This document shows, piece after piece, positions 29,314 to 39,274 of a stretch of DNA of 64,000 nucleotides. The notes below the pieces were generated by a model that worked only from the letters and a program-made list of their open reading frames with translations, ran no database searches and was not told the origin of the DNA. Position numbers and translations under genes: made by a program. The stretch lies in IMG/VR virus record IMGVR_UViG_3300044715_001755. One strand, 5' to 3'. Positions within the stretch are counted from its first letter, which is position 1; each line of letters opens with the position of its first letter. The stretch comes from an uncultured virus (IMG/VR IMGVR_UViG_3300044715_001755) (taxonomy: Duplodnaviria; Heunggongvirae; Uroviricota; Caudoviricetes).

Positions 29314-31085
29314 ATGCACACAAACCCTCTTATAGTGGATTTTCAAGCGGTTGCTATCTCTAAGGAGTGTGTCATCGTTAACTTTGATTCAGATTTGGAT
29401 TTAACCGATGCCAAGCTTATTCTTCTTGGTTCTAGCAGAAATCCACTGGTTTCTATAAGTGTCACTGGTTATAGAATGGAGGTGCGTCTGCCAACAGGTG
29501 ATCCAATGTTTGCTGAATTGAAAACACCACACGGTGCTTGCGTTAAGTATGTCACTGGCTCTGGAAAGGGCATGTACTTTCCCAACTAATCATCTGGTAT
29601 TCTTCGGGAACATTTCTTAATATTGCTGTTACAATTAAAAGCAATATGAAAATCAAAACATTTATTCTAACATTTATCGCTATCTTCTTTGCGTCTTGCG
29701 AGGATATAGAATCAGTCAAGCATGTGGAACAAACCCACTACGAGTTAGATTTGCCTAATCAAAGAGTTATTATTACTGAATACACTATCGACGGTTGCCA
29801 GTATATTGGACACTTAGGTGGAGATCCCAATTCAAACTATCTGTCGCACAAAGGAAACTGTACAAACCCAATTCATAATACGAAATAAAAATGAGAGCAT
29901 CAGTTAAAATCATTCTCATCCTGGTATCAATGATGATTATAGGTAGCATTATCATGTCAATAGGCGGCTACCGGAACAAGCAGACAATCAAGACCAGGGT
30001 CACTGATAAGGAGAGTATCACCCAAAATTCGGGGGATAAAATTAATTCATTCTACGTTATCTACACAGAGGCTGGCACATTCAAATTGGAAGACGATATG
30101 TTTTATGGAAACTTTAATTCCAGCGACTGGTACGGACAAATACACAGGGACTCGACTTATACATTTGAAACCATTGGTTATCGTATTGGAATCTTGCGTG
30201 CTTATCCTAATATTGTAAACTTTAAATAAAAACAATCTATATGAAACTAAATCAAAACTCAATTTCAGCGAGGATCTATCGCTGGTTCTACATGAAAACA
30301 GAAATGCCTAGCAACCTCTGTCCCTACTTCTGGAAGCTGGTGATAGCATATGTTATGCTTATTCCAGTCCTAACAGTTACCATTCTTTACGAAATCCTGT
30401 ATATTAACAGCCGCAATAAACCGGCAGATTCGCAGGGTGAACGTTTATTCTATGGCTTTATGATATGGGCTGCTTTGGTTTTAGTGACATCCGCTCTTAG
30501 CCTAGTTACTTTGTTTTGGTATACACCTGCAGAAAATTCCTGGTTATGGAATGTCATGGCTACTGGTGTTGCAACATGGTTTGGAGCATTAATTCTAGGA
30601 ATCGCAATGCTTTATAAATACTTCTTGGAAAAGAGTGACGAGGCCAAATGGAAAAGAGTAAAAAACAACTATGACGAGAATGGTAATTGGATCCCTTATG
30701 AAGACCGTTTAATAGGGAAACGCTCAAACATCATACTAGAATTCATCAAAGCAAAATACAATAAGTACTGTCCTAAAATCGATTGGAACTAATGAAAAGA
30801 CAAGAAAAATACAGAATAAAAATTGAAACCAGACACAATGGCGAAGTATGGTACACGCCACAATTTAAATATAAATTAACCCTGTTGTTTGGAATGATAC
30901 CTATCTTTTCCTATGGTTGGTATAACATACACAAATGTCCAACTGGTAGTTATGAGTACAGCGATAGTCTGACGGTATCACATCGAAATGAGGAAGATGC
31001 TATGATTGCAATCAAAGGTTTAAAAGACACACTTGGAAAAGAAATTAGGGAAAAAGTTGAAAAAATTGATTACAAATACCTATAA
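29314..31085 (+). CDS. five hypothetical ORFs, several membrane/lipoproteins (29314-29589, 29646-29888 lipobox FASC, 29891-30229, 30241-30792, 30792-31085)
   Basis: packed ORFs, hydrophobic segments. Confidence 0.6.
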
Positions 31086-31090
31086 TAAAA

Positions 31091-31999
31091 ATGTTAAATT
31101 ACAAAACTTTAAATCTGGCCTATCCAGAAAATTCACAGATAGATTTCATGATCAACAGATTCCCAGATGGACAGCAATCTGTCACACTAATCGTTGACCC
31201 GGCACACCTTACTCCAGTTCGTGAGGATGGTGTAATAATCAAAAGTCGTCTCAACACATTCCGAGATTTAGAATTGATCGTCTGTGCAACTGCTGCACTC
31301 CGCAATACAGGTATACAGAACATTCAGCTCTACACTCCATATTTCATGGGTGCACGTTCAGATCGTCGTTTTATGGAAGGTGATGCTAACTACTTAAAAC
31401 AAGTTATCTGCCCAATTATCAACTCTCAAAAATTCGAGTCCGTAACCGTTTTGGATCCTCACTCTGATGTTTTGGAAGCTTGTCTGGATAATTTTGTTAA
31501 GATTAACAATCACGATATTGTTAAGAAGGCTTTAACCGATATTGACAATAAGAACAATGCACAGGATAGAATTGTTCTAGTATCCCCTGATGCTGGGGCA
31601 CAAAAAAAGATTTTTAACGTTGCTCAGAAGTTTGGAATCCAAAAAGTGATCACAGCAAATAAGGTTAGGAATGTAAGGACCGGTGAAATTGTAAATACTG
31701 ATGTACCATCATTGACAGGTAATTTCTGTATGGATCCAGGTCAGAAATTTGTAATAGTAGACGATATCTGCGATGGTGGTAGAACTTTCATAGAGTTAGC
31801 AAAAGCGATTAGACTTCAAAGGCCGGATGCCGAGGTTTACTTGATTGTTACACATGGCATCTTTAGTAACAGCTTTTATGAATTGAGCAAGCACATCAAG
31901 AAGGTTTACTCTTCAAACAGCTATTCAGACATTGATGTAGAGCATCATAGCGACTACACAGTAGGTAAAGATTACTTAATGCAATTCAACTCATTTTAA
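31091..31999 (+). CDS. ribose-phosphate pyrophosphokinase-like protein (candidate Adps, ADPR-PP synthetase)
   Basis: FPDGQ, PYFMGARSDRRF, LDPHS, VSPDAGA, K.R...G.I, IVDDICDGGRTF, VTHGIFS. Confidence 0.88.
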   Translation: MLNYKTLNLAYPENSQIDFMINRFPDGQQSVTLIVDPAHLTPVREDGVIIKSRLNTFRDLELIVCATAALRNTGIQNIQLYTPYFMGARSDRRFMEGDANYLKQVICPIINSQKFESVTVLDPHSDVLEACLDNFVKINNHDIVKKALTDIDNKNNAQDRIVLVSPDAGAQKKIFNVAQKFGIQKVITANKVRNVRTGEIVNTDVPSLTGNFCMDPGQKFVIVDDICDGGRTFIELAKAIRLQRPDAEVYLIVTHGIFSNSFYELSKHIKKVYSSNSYSDIDVEHHSDYTVGKDYLMQFNSF

Positions 32000-32044
32000 T
32001 ATAGAGACCAATTTTGAGGAGTGCCTCACTAAAATTGAAACAAT

Positions 32045-32563
32045 ATGATAGACTACATAGACGGAGACTTAATTAAGCTTGCTAAAGAAGCAAAATTTGA
32101 TGTGATAGTTCATGGATGTAACTGTCTTTCAGTTATGAAAAGCGGGATTGCTCCACAGATGGCAGCAGCTTTTGGATGCGATAAGTTCGAAATGGAAATG
32201 TGGGGACCTAGCATCGATAAGCTAGGAAATATTGACTGGAAAACCTTTCTTCTCGAAAAGAACAACACATTTACTATTGACCTCGGAGAAAGCAATCCCG
32301 ATAAAGGAACAGAGCTCGTTGTTGTGAACGCATACACGCAATATAGTTATGGCAGGAACCACTCTGATGGTGTGGCACAACCTTTCGACTATGATGCTTT
32401 CACGATCTGCATGAGGAAGATGAATAGGGTGTTCAAGGGTAAACACATTGGCATGGGAAAAATAGGATCCGGATTAGCAGGAGGTGATTGGGATAGAATA
32501 GAACAAATAATAAAGAGAGAGCTAGAAGACTGCTTAGTGACAATAGTAAACTATAAACCATAA
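32045..32563 (+). CDS. macrodomain (ADP-ribose binding/hydrolase) protein
   Basis: IDGDLI, IVHGCNC...MKSGIA, NAYTQY, KIGSGLAGGDW. Confidence 0.88.
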   Translation: MIDYIDGDLIKLAKEAKFDVIVHGCNCLSVMKSGIAPQMAAAFGCDKFEMEMWGPSIDKLGNIDWKTFLLEKNNTFTIDLGESNPDKGTELVVVNAYTQYSYGRNHSDGVAQPFDYDAFTICMRKMNRVFKGKHIGMGKIGSGLAGGDWDRIEQIIKRELEDCLVTIVNYKP

Positions 32564-32565
32564 TT

Positions 32566-33081
32566 ATGAAAATTACAGATAAACACGTCTTCTTTTGGAA
32601 TGGCGTATATTCCCAATGGCACAAAGCCTCGATGACAGTCGATAATATTGAATATAATTCTTGTGAGCAGTACATGATGCACCAAAAAGCATTGCTATTT
32701 GGGGATTCCGAAATTGCTGAATTGATTATGAACGAATCTAATCCCAAGGAGCAAAAGAAATACGGGAGAATGATTAAGAATTTCGATAAGACAGCATGGG
32801 ATAAGAATTGTTTAGCAATTGTCTATGAAGGGAATCTAGCGAAGTTTACACAGAATGGCGAGCTAAAAGAACAGATGCTATCGGCAGAGAATAGAATTTT
32901 CGTTGAAGCCTCACCATTTGATACGATCTGGGGTATTGGCTTAGCCGAGGATGCTGAGGTTATAGACGATCCGTCATACTGGCAGGGTCTTAACCTACTG
33001 GGACAAGCTCTAACTTTAGTAAAAACAAAGTTATTAGCTGACACAAAACCAAATGAAAATGACACTAGAATCTCAATATAA
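32566..33081 (+). CDS. NADAR (YbiA-like) hydrolase
   Basis: SQWH, EQYMMHQKALLFGD, KKYGR, KFTQN, VEASPFDTIWGIG, GLNLLGQAL. Confidence 0.9.
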   Translation: MKITDKHVFFWNGVYSQWHKASMTVDNIEYNSCEQYMMHQKALLFGDSEIAELIMNESNPKEQKKYGRMIKNFDKTAWDKNCLAIVYEGNLAKFTQNGELKEQMLSAENRIFVEASPFDTIWGIGLAEDAEVIDDPSYWQGLNLLGQALTLVKTKLLADTKPNENDTRISI

Positions 33082-34076
33082 ACTCTTCATAGAAAGCAAT
33101 CCTGAAAATGCACACTGGACATATCAGGAGTGGCTCAAATGGCACAGCAATAAACTAGCTGAGAGCATCAAAAATATAGAGCCAAGGGTATCGGATGATT
33201 TCCAGATAGGACCTGATGGTGCCTACGAGGCAACAGAGGATATTTACAGTCCACACTGCCAGGAATGCGAAGCTTGTGGCGAGGAAGGTTGCTGCAGTGC
33301 CCTGTCGTGTAAGCAATCCGAAAGCGGAGACTATTGCTCAGGATATCTAAGAGATTTACGTTTTGGTTATCATATGCACCGCTGGATAGAAAACAATCTA
33401 CTCTTTGATCTAGAAGAGCATCAGTTGGTCAAGTACACGGAGGAGTACGATAAGACTTTTAGCAAATTTCACAAATAAATAAAAAATAAAATGGCAAAGA
33501 AAAAAGAAGAAACCAACGAAGTTAAGAATGAAACTTCATATTCGGAAGCAATTGAAGGAAATATCTTAGCTTCTATTCGTTTAGCAAAGGCTGAATATGA
33601 AAGTAAACCTACAAATCTTATGCATTCCGTGATAACTAATCTAGAGCTAACTTTAAGAGAAATAAAAAATAACCATGGAGCAACACTTTGACATAAGCCG
33701 AATTATCGGTATTGAATTAAGGGGTATTACTAAAACAAGTTACAGATGGTTACCTAGAAAGCAAAAGACTTTCTTCTTTGGATTGATTAAAAGAAACTCA
33801 TGGTACAATGAAGGATATTATGATCATGGCTGCTACGAAGAATGTTACGAGAGTGGCTGCTGGGATGCTAGTGAATATACAACAGAGGAACTAAGAGGCT
33901 ATGGATACGTCGTGGATGAATCAACTAGAACGGTTTACGATAAACCTCACGTTACAGTTTTTCTTGAAGGCGAATATAAGGTGTATCAGAAATTTGACAG
34001 TGAGTCCGAGGCTTCAGAATGGGTTGGCGATCTCAGAAGAGCATCAGGGAAAGATTTTGAAGTGATAATCAAATAA
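33053..34076 (+). CDS. three hypothetical ORFs (33053-33478 with Cys cluster, 33491-33691, 33675-34076)
   Basis: ORFs; CQECEACGEEGCCS motif. Confidence 0.6.
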
Positions 34077-34079
34077 GAA

Positions 34080-34433
34080 ATGGTAATCTATTTAGCATCA
34101 CCGTACAGTCACACCGATCCAGCAGTGGTCGAGGAGAACTTCAGAAAGATAAGCCGGATTGCGGCTAAGCTTGTCTCAGAGGGACACACAGCTATCTCGC
34201 CAATCACATACGGTCACACTCTACTTGATTTTCATAAGATGCCATCAGACTGGAAGTTCTGGCAGAACTTCTGCTCTCAGATTCTATACAAGTGTGATAA
34301 ACTTCTTGTTGTAAAAATGGAAGGCTGGGATAAATCCAGTGGTGTGGAAGAGGAGATGTCTATAGCAAGAGATCACAATATACCAATTGAGTATATGAAG
34401 TACGATATAAACGAAAGCGAATTCTTAAAATAA
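34080..34433 (+). CDS. DUF1937 / nucleoside 2-deoxyribosyltransferase-like fold protein
   Basis: IYLASPYSH, SPITYGH, CDKLLV...GWDKSSGVEEE. Confidence 0.75.
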   Translation: MVIYLASPYSHTDPAVVEENFRKISRIAAKLVSEGHTAISPITYGHTLLDFHKMPSDWKFWQNFCSQILYKCDKLLVVKMEGWDKSSGVEEEMSIARDHNIPIEYMKYDINESEFLK

Positions 34434-34437
34434 AAAA

Positions 34438-34929
34438 ATGAAAGTAATTAAACCAAACTCAGAAGACCAAAGAGTAGAAGGCTTATCAGTTTTCTGTGCA
34501 GGCTCTATCGAAATGGGAAAAGCAGAAGACTGGCAAACCAGAATGATCGAAAACTTCAAGGACTTCCCTATTACGTTCCTTAATCCCAGAAGAGATGATT
34601 GGGATTCATCCTGGAAACAAGAACAAAAGAATTCACAGTTCAACTTCCAGGTAAACTGGGAGATGGATTCCTTAGATGAAGCAGACATCATCTTTATGTA
34701 CTTCTCACCAGGAACACAGAGTCCAATTTCTCTTTTAGAGCTTGGATCTTATGGCGATTCAGGTAAAATGATAGTTTGCTGTCCCGAAGGATTCTGGAGA
34801 AAGGGGAACGTTGAGATATTCTGCACAAGACACGATATTCCAATGTTCAAAGATCTAGAGGAAGCATGGGGAGCTTTAATGACAAAGATACATGTGGTTT
34901 CAGCTAATAGGAATCGGCTAACAAGATAA
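34438..34929 (+). CDS. nucleoside 2-deoxyribosyltransferase-like protein
   Basis: VFCAGSIE, WQ, LNPRR, QVNWE..L..AD, SPISLLELG, FWRKGNV. Confidence 0.8.
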   Translation: MKVIKPNSEDQRVEGLSVFCAGSIEMGKAEDWQTRMIENFKDFPITFLNPRRDDWDSSWKQEQKNSQFNFQVNWEMDSLDEADIIFMYFSPGTQSPISLLELGSYGDSGKMIVCCPEGFWRKGNVEIFCTRHDIPMFKDLEEAWGALMTKIHVVSANRNRLTR

Positions 34930-34945
34930 AAATTCAATTAACTTC

Positions 34946-34976
34946 AAGGATCCTACGGGATCCTTTTTTATTTTTG
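34946..34976 (+). promoter_or_regulatory. terminator hairpin overlapping CGG-N10-TATTTTTG promoter
   Basis: AAGGATCC-tacg-GGATCCTTTTTT; CGG 34956; box 34969-34976. Confidence 0.7.
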
Positions 34977-34994
34977 CACTATAATTTATAAAAA

Positions 34995-36494
34995 ATGAAT
35001 CCATTATTTTTAACGGATGGCTATAAAACAGGCCATAACAAAATGTACCCAAAAGGAACCACTCTGGTTTATTCAAATTTCACACCGCGTTCAAACAAAT
35101 ACGCTCCAAAGGGATGCGATCACGTAGTATCGTTTGGACAACAAATGGTAATGCAACAGATTCACGAAGCATTCCAAAAGGATTTCTTCTCACAACCTAA
35201 AGAGGTAGTTTGCGGACAGATGAGGGAAGAACTCTCCATGTATTTGGGTATGGACTATGATGTGACCCACTTTGAAAAGCTACATGATCTTGGTTACTTA
35301 CCAATCGTTGTTAAAGCTCTTCCTGAAGGAACAATGGTTCCTATTAAGGTTCCAGTTCTTACGATCTATAACACACATCCGGACTTCTATTGGTTGACCA
35401 ACTATTTAGAGACAGTCCTTTCTAACTTGTTATGGAAACCGATGACCTCCGCTACGATTGCCCACCAATACCGAAAGGTTCTTACTGGCTGGATGAGAAA
35501 GACAGATCCAGAGAATGCATGGTTTATCGACTGGCAAGGACACGACTTCTCTATGAGAGGTATGGACTCCGCTGAAGCAGTCATTTCATCTGGCTTGGGT
35601 CACTTGACATCCTTCTCAGGATCTGATTCACTTCCTGCAATCTACGGAGCTCGTAAGTACTATGGAGCAGAGGGATTTGTTGCTGGCTCTGTTCCTGCAA
35701 CAGAGCATTCAGTGATGTGCTCCGGAGGCAAGGAAGATGAGGTTGAAACGTTCAGAAGATTATTAGAAACATATCCAAAGGGAATTCTTTCAGTGGTATC
35801 TGACACATGGGACCTATGGAAAGTGTGCACCGAACACGTGGTTACTTTGAAAGAAGAAATTCTTGCTCGTGACGGTAAACTTGTTATTCGTCCTGACTCT
35901 GGAGATCCAGTTGACATTCTTTGTGGCAAAATTAAAGATGACTTTTCTATAATTACACCTACTAAAGAAGAGTCTAAGGGTGTTATTGAATTACTTTGGG
36001 ACGTTTTCGGAGGAACCGTTAATGCTCAAGGTTACAAAGTGCTTGACCCACATATCGGTGCAATCTACGGTGACAGTATTACAATCGACCGTGCCAATGA
36101 AATCTGCAGTCGGTTAGCTGTTAAAGGATTTGCATCTACTAACGTGGTTCTTGGTATCGGTTCATTCACTTATCAATACAACACTCGTGACACATTTGGT
36201 TTTGCAATGAAAGCCACCTATGTTGAAATTATACATCCAGCCGAATCCGGAAGTCCAGCTTCTGCAACAGAAGGTCGTGAGATCTTTAAAGATCCTATCA
36301 CAGATGACGGAACTAAGAAATCTGCAACTGGATTACTTTGCGTGGAAGAGCACGATGGAAAGATCGGTCTATATGATAAAGTTCAATGGGCAACAGAAAA
36401 GACAGGTCTACTTCAAGCGATCTATTTGAATGGGGAATTCTACAACACCACAGATCTAGCAACTATTCGTCAGAGAGTTCAATCTAATATTTAA
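34995..36494 (+). CDS. nicotinamide phosphoribosyltransferase-like (NadV/NAMPT; candidate Namat)
   Basis: TDGYK..H, YSNFTPRS, HDFSMRG, GSD, SVPATEHSVM, SVVSDTWD, VIRPDSGDP, IYGDSIT, GIGS, KDPITDDGTKKSA. Confidence 0.92.
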   Translation: MNPLFLTDGYKTGHNKMYPKGTTLVYSNFTPRSNKYAPKGCDHVVSFGQQMVMQQIHEAFQKDFFSQPKEVVCGQMREELSMYLGMDYDVTHFEKLHDLGYLPIVVKALPEGTMVPIKVPVLTIYNTHPDFYWLTNYLETVLSNLLWKPMTSATIAHQYRKVLTGWMRKTDPENAWFIDWQGHDFSMRGMDSAEAVISSGLGHLTSFSGSDSLPAIYGARKYYGAEGFVAGSVPATEHSVMCSGGKEDEVETFRRLLETYPKGILSVVSDTWDLWKVCTEHVVTLKEEILARDGKLVIRPDSGDPVDILCGKIKDDFSIITPTKEESKGVIELLWDVFGGTVNAQGYKVLDPHIGAIYGDSITIDRANEICSRLAVKGFASTNVVLGIGSFTYQYNTRDTFGFAMKATYVEIIHPAESGSPASATEGREIFKDPITDDGTKKSATGLLCVEEHDGKIGLYDKVQWATEKTGLLQAIYLNGEFYNTTDLATIRQRVQSNI

Positions 36495-36513
36495 TTATTC
36501 AAGTTATAAAGGG

Positions 36514-37292
36514 ATGTATAAATTTGAACTAGATCCAGAGGAAATAATAAAATTTGAGGAATGGAGTGTAGAACAGAAGAAAAAAAATCCAGCTATGACA
36601 GCAGCTGGAGAAAGATGGACTTTTATGTTTACACCAACTGGATTAGGAACAATTAAGACGGTGAAGGACGAGTGCACAGATGAAGAATTAGATTTAACAG
36701 ATTGGAAAAAATGGTAGAAATGGAAAACACAATCGGAGGACTTTTCACACCCTGTTTTATGACAGAGGATGATTTTGAAAATGCGTATAAAGAGAGTATT
36801 TTCTATGTGGAAAAAAACTACATGGAAGAGTATCGTAAGCACATGGCAGCAATGGATCATATTGCTAACATAGCCAAGTCATATATTCTAAACAACTGGA
36901 AGAAGGTAACTGACTGGTCTGATCTTAATCTGATCGTAACCCATGGTCAATCTGGGGTAACCACAGAGTACTATAACCACGATAAAGTACTTGCGTGGAG
37001 AAAGCGGGAGGAGGAGAGGGTGGATAAAAAACTTCCAGGTGTACGCAAATCTAAGGTGATGATTGAAATGCTGGAAAGACTAGAGAAAGATAATAAGGAG
37101 AGACACAATCCGATTATCGAGTTCAATAATGTTGTCCTGGATCCAACCGATGGAGACTTCTCAGTGACCATTAATGGAAAAGAACATTGGTGGATTGAAG
37201 ATGATGCAGTTATGATAATTGCAAACTACATAGAAAAACAACTTTCTAATAAAGAAGTATCAGAGCCCGGCGGAATACCTACGGAAGATTGA
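36514..37292 (+). CDS. two hypothetical ORFs (36514-36717, 36720-37292)
   Basis: ORFs; FTPTGLG motif in first. Confidence 0.6.
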
Positions 37293-37321
37293 TTTACATT
37301 TGACCCATTAAACAAAAGAAA

Positions 37322-38056
37322 ATGCCAAAGATATTTAAGGTGGGTGGCTCGGTTAGAGATGAATTATTAGGTGTTCACTCTAAGGACATAGATTTCACGT
37401 TTGTATTGGATATACTCGATAAGACAGTCGAAGAGGGATTTCAGGAGATGACCGAATGGATGCTGGAAAAAGGGTTCGAGATATTCCTTTCCACACCAGA
37501 TTGCTTCACCATAAGAGCTAAGTTTCCAAAGAGTAGCGAGAATGAAAAGCTTATAGCTGACTTTGTAATGGCTCGAAAAGAAATAGGGTACATCAAGGGA
37601 ACAAGAAAGCCTATCTTGGCACTTGGAACATTAGAAGATGATCTTATCCGAAGAGACTTTACCCTCAATGCTATGGCCAGGGATGAAGCTGGGAATCTAA
37701 TAGATTTATTTGGTGGTGTAGACGATCTTAAATCAAAAATATTGAAAACTCCATTAGATCCTAGAATTACAATGATGGACGATCCATTAAGAATCTTGAG
37801 GAGTTGGAGATTTTCTATCACTAAAGGATTTATTATAGATCCATCAATTTTAGAAGCTATTAAACAGCCAGGTATTCTTGAAAAATTAGAAAGTACTGTT
37901 TCCGGAGAAAGAATAAGAGAAGAATTATCTAAAATGTTTAAGCATGACACTATAGAATCTCTTAAATTATTAAATGATATGGAATCTCATATTCCAGGAC
38001 TTATGAAAATGATATTTAAAAACGGATTACATTTGGAGCCATCTTTTAAACATTAA
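37322..38056 (+). CDS. cca: tRNA nucleotidyltransferase (CCA-adding / poly(A) polymerase family)
   Basis: VGGSVRDELLG...DIDF, EDDLIRRDFTLNAMA, DDPLRILR, SGERIREEL. Confidence 0.9.
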   Translation: MPKIFKVGGSVRDELLGVHSKDIDFTFVLDILDKTVEEGFQEMTEWMLEKGFEIFLSTPDCFTIRAKFPKSSENEKLIADFVMARKEIGYIKGTRKPILALGTLEDDLIRRDFTLNAMARDEAGNLIDLFGGVDDLKSKILKTPLDPRITMMDDPLRILRSWRFSITKGFIIDPSILEAIKQPGILEKLESTVSGERIREELSKMFKHDTIESLKLLNDMESHIPGLMKMIFKNGLHLEPSFKH

Positions 38057-38117
38057 AATAATTCACACAGGAAAAAGTGCAAGGAGTTATAGAATTTTAT
38101 TTAGAAAAATAAAGAAA

Positions 38118-38647
38118 ATGAGAAAATTATTAAAATTGGCCTGGATTATCCAGGAGAAAAGGACCCTGAAGAACAGAAGGGTAAGAAGGTTTAACCCGTG
38201 GAATCCTCTATCTTATTTGGTTGCAGGATTAGCTTTAATTATGGGAATATTAATGTTCGGGTTTATCGGAATAAAAGATCAGATAGATTCAGCTAATCCT
38301 TTTAAATGGCAATAACATGATATACATTTACTAAAAAATTACAAATGGAACAAACGTCTGAAAATAAAAGAAATGAATTAGCCACGATAGCCGGTATACT
38401 TATCGTGCTTTTCTCAATTTGCGTCATCTTTATACTCGCATCAAAATCGGATGAAAATATAGTGACGAAAGAAAGAACGGTAAAGGGAGTAGCTAACGTA
38501 GATGTACATCGTCCGGTTGGTGTCCACGAGGAGATAAATCTAATGTACGACGTCACTCTGGATGACGGATCGGTAATTAAAACTAGACACCGCTATCAGA
38601 TTGGCGACAGTATAGTATATTTCACCTATAAAAAAGTAAATAATTAA
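38118..38647 (+). CDS. two small membrane proteins (38118-38315, 38345-38647)
   Basis: single TM segments. Confidence 0.6.
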
Positions 38648-38666
38648 ATTTAGATAAGCATTTTAC

Positions 38667-38706
38667 AAAACCCGTAGAGTTTCTACGGGTTTTTTGTTTA
38701 TCTTTG
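38667..38706 (+). promoter_or_regulatory. terminator hairpin overlapping CGG-N10-TATCTTTG promoter
   Basis: AAAACCCGTAGA-gtt-TCTACGGGTTTTTT; CGG 38686; box 38699-38706; ATG 38711. Confidence 0.7.
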
Positions 38707-38710
38707 CACT

Positions 38711-39235
38711 ATGGTAATCAAGGCTAGGGGTAAATTAAATTTCTTTCCTGAGAAAAAAACAAGGAAACACGAGGCACAGGCTTCATGGAAAGTTCATGCC
38801 CTGATTGAGACATCTTGTGATCTAGAGAGATATTATGCTTGGTTTATAGAAACAAGATTTGGACTTAAGTTAAACAAGACTCTAAGGGGATCACATATCT
38901 CATTCATAGCAGATAGGTTCGATCCGGCTAATTGGGACGAAGTTGCTGCAATGTTCCATGACAGGGAGATAGACTTCTACTATGAGATAGAACCAAGATC
39001 AAACGGAGAGCACTGGTGGCTTAGAGTTCACTGTCCAGAAGCAGAGTCAATTAGAGAATCTATTGGTCTTACTAGAGAACCGTACTTTGCCTTTCATTTG
39101 ACTCTGGGATTTGTCAATGAAAAAAATCTAGACCATTCCGAGTATATTCTGAGGCAGTGCAAGAATTTTAATCTTATTTCATCTGAGACAAGGGTTTCTT
39201 TGGATCAACACGAGGTCTACGAATTTCAGAAGTAA
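38711..39235 (+). CDS. 2H phosphoesterase superfamily protein
   Basis: two Hx(S/T) motifs: GSHISF and FHLTLG. Confidence 0.65.
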   Translation: MVIKARGKLNFFPEKKTRKHEAQASWKVHALIETSCDLERYYAWFIETRFGLKLNKTLRGSHISFIADRFDPANWDEVAAMFHDREIDFYYEIEPRSNGEHWWLRVHCPEAESIRESIGLTREPYFAFHLTLGFVNEKNLDHSEYILRQCKNFNLISSETRVSLDQHEVYEFQK

Positions 39236-39274
39236 CATCGTTGTTACCGCGGCTTATTTAATTATTATTGCGAC

